Shown here piece after piece: positions 61,283 to 62,604 of a DNA stretch of 62,604 nt (positions are counted from its first letter, which is position 1; each line of letters starts with the position of its first letter). The position numbers and the translations under genes are program-made. This DNA is from Obrimoposthia wandeli (Eukaryota), in assembly GCA_977020255.1 (NCBI GenBank), contig CDROCS010004352.1:1-62604 (forward strand), read 5' to 3'. The notes beneath the pieces are model-generated. The model saw nothing but the letters and a program-made list of their open reading frames with translations. It was not told where the DNA came from and searched no databases.

Positions 61283-62604
61283 CTGCGATATGAAACTACA
61301 CCGATATTCTTAGAACAAACAAATAAACATAGCTAATAATAACTTTTACATTTTATTTTAAAAAATAACATATTAATAAACATTTTTATATTGTCAGATA
61401 TGTTTTTTATTCTAATTAGTTCAATTGTTTTACATTTTAAGGTTTGTACATATTCGATTCTTAAGTTATACAGCTGAAATTTATGTAAAGTGAAAACTTT
61501 GTAATAAAAATACAAATACTAAAATAAAGTTTTATATTTAAATACACCGATCCTAATGTCCAGATATAAGGCCTTTTGCTGTATCCGGGATCCAAGGTTT
61601 TCCAGGACTGCAAAATTTCCTTCTTCGTTCCAATTTTGATTGATATCATTCATTTCCTTCATATATTTTTGTGCTTCCGCGCCCACATTTTCATTTTCAA
61701 TCCACCAAGCTTTGAACTTTGAGGAGGCAAAATGAAAACATTACAGTTTTATTTCTGAACCAATTATCAGCTACTTCCAGATCTTTGACAGGCGCGAGTG
61801 TCACCTGAAAATAATTGTTTGAAGTTGATAGTTGGAATAAATTATTTCGGACCATTGACGATCCTACAAACACTTTTTCGTGTCACCATTACATGAATAA
61901 TCCCAATATCATGACAGAATGTAATTTTATAAAAAACAAATTTGTAATGTCTGTCAGACCACACAAATAATTTCCATAATTGTTTCCAGTGTTTTCCACT
62001 TGTATTTTTGTCAGAATATTTATATTTTTACAATTCTTAAGAAAGAAGATAAATTTCCCATCTGGAGTTTTAATCTTTTTAAGACGATTTGTGTGATCCT
62101 CTTTTATAATTTCACAAATTTACATCATTGCACAAGTTATAAATATTCATAACTGCATGATTGATGACGGTAGTCTTAGATCAGTCCAGAATTGAGATTC
62201 AGTTTCTTATTTGACAAATAGGTTTCATACCCATTAACGGCAAAATGCACCACCTCAACATGTATTTCTTTTTCACACTAGCTTGAAATAGTACTTGTCA
62301 ATGAAACATGTGTCAAAAATGACAAGCGGAGTTAAGTTTAATTGTATTTTTGCGTAATATTTCCATTATTCTACACGGCAACTCTGAAATTTATTCTCTA
62401 CAACGATTCTCACTTCTTTCCAAAGTTGTTTGTCGTTATCTTCAACTGTAGCCCCTGATATCCTATCATATGCATGTGTCTTGAGACGAGGGTCAGTTTT
62501 GTAGCAATTGTAAATCGTGATAGCCACAAATATGGTTATCAAATTTGAAGTCGCCTTTGGGCAAGGCCTTGTTCCCAACGTATTAACTAATTATTTAGCG
62601 GAAT

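Noticed and set aside
61540-61820. Further upstream PTP exon
   Set aside because: Plausible splice sites, but no translation shows the expected YWP or DFW motifs.

Overview
AT-rich eukaryotic scaffold, probably from an invertebrate animal (inferred from ~40-nt GT-AG introns and TTAGGG-type repeats), with two N gaps (45731-45917, 54800-54974). Most of the window is a graveyard of several related Polinton/Maverick (adintovirus-like) elements. At least five separate pPolB pieces, two integrases, two packaging ATPases, two major capsid 3' halves, two adenain-like proteases, two small GGF-motif proteins and several AGTAG-type terminal inverted repeat (TIR) ends are recognisable, nearly all with stops or frameshifts. 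Stand-out observations: (1) a TBP-like gene tightly packed upstream of a Polinton ATPase; (2) short spliceosomal introns at conserved positions in diverged copies of Polinton genes; (3) a 302-bp mini-Polinton with a perfect 6-bp target site duplication (TSD); (4) a NeSL/Utopia-like non-LTR retrotransposon (RT plus restriction-like endonuclease, RLE) whose N-terminus carries a tandem 167-aa repeat resembling a cold-shock domain, sitting head-to-tail with an internally deleted derivative at the point where a Polinton pPolB breaks off. The window also holds Gypsy, DIRS-like and Ginger2/KRBA2-like fragments, several minisatellites, and two exons of a protein tyrosine phosphatase gene (probably host) near the right end. 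All protein assignments come from manual translation and motif recognition; no database search was run, and coordinates of degenerate features are approximate.
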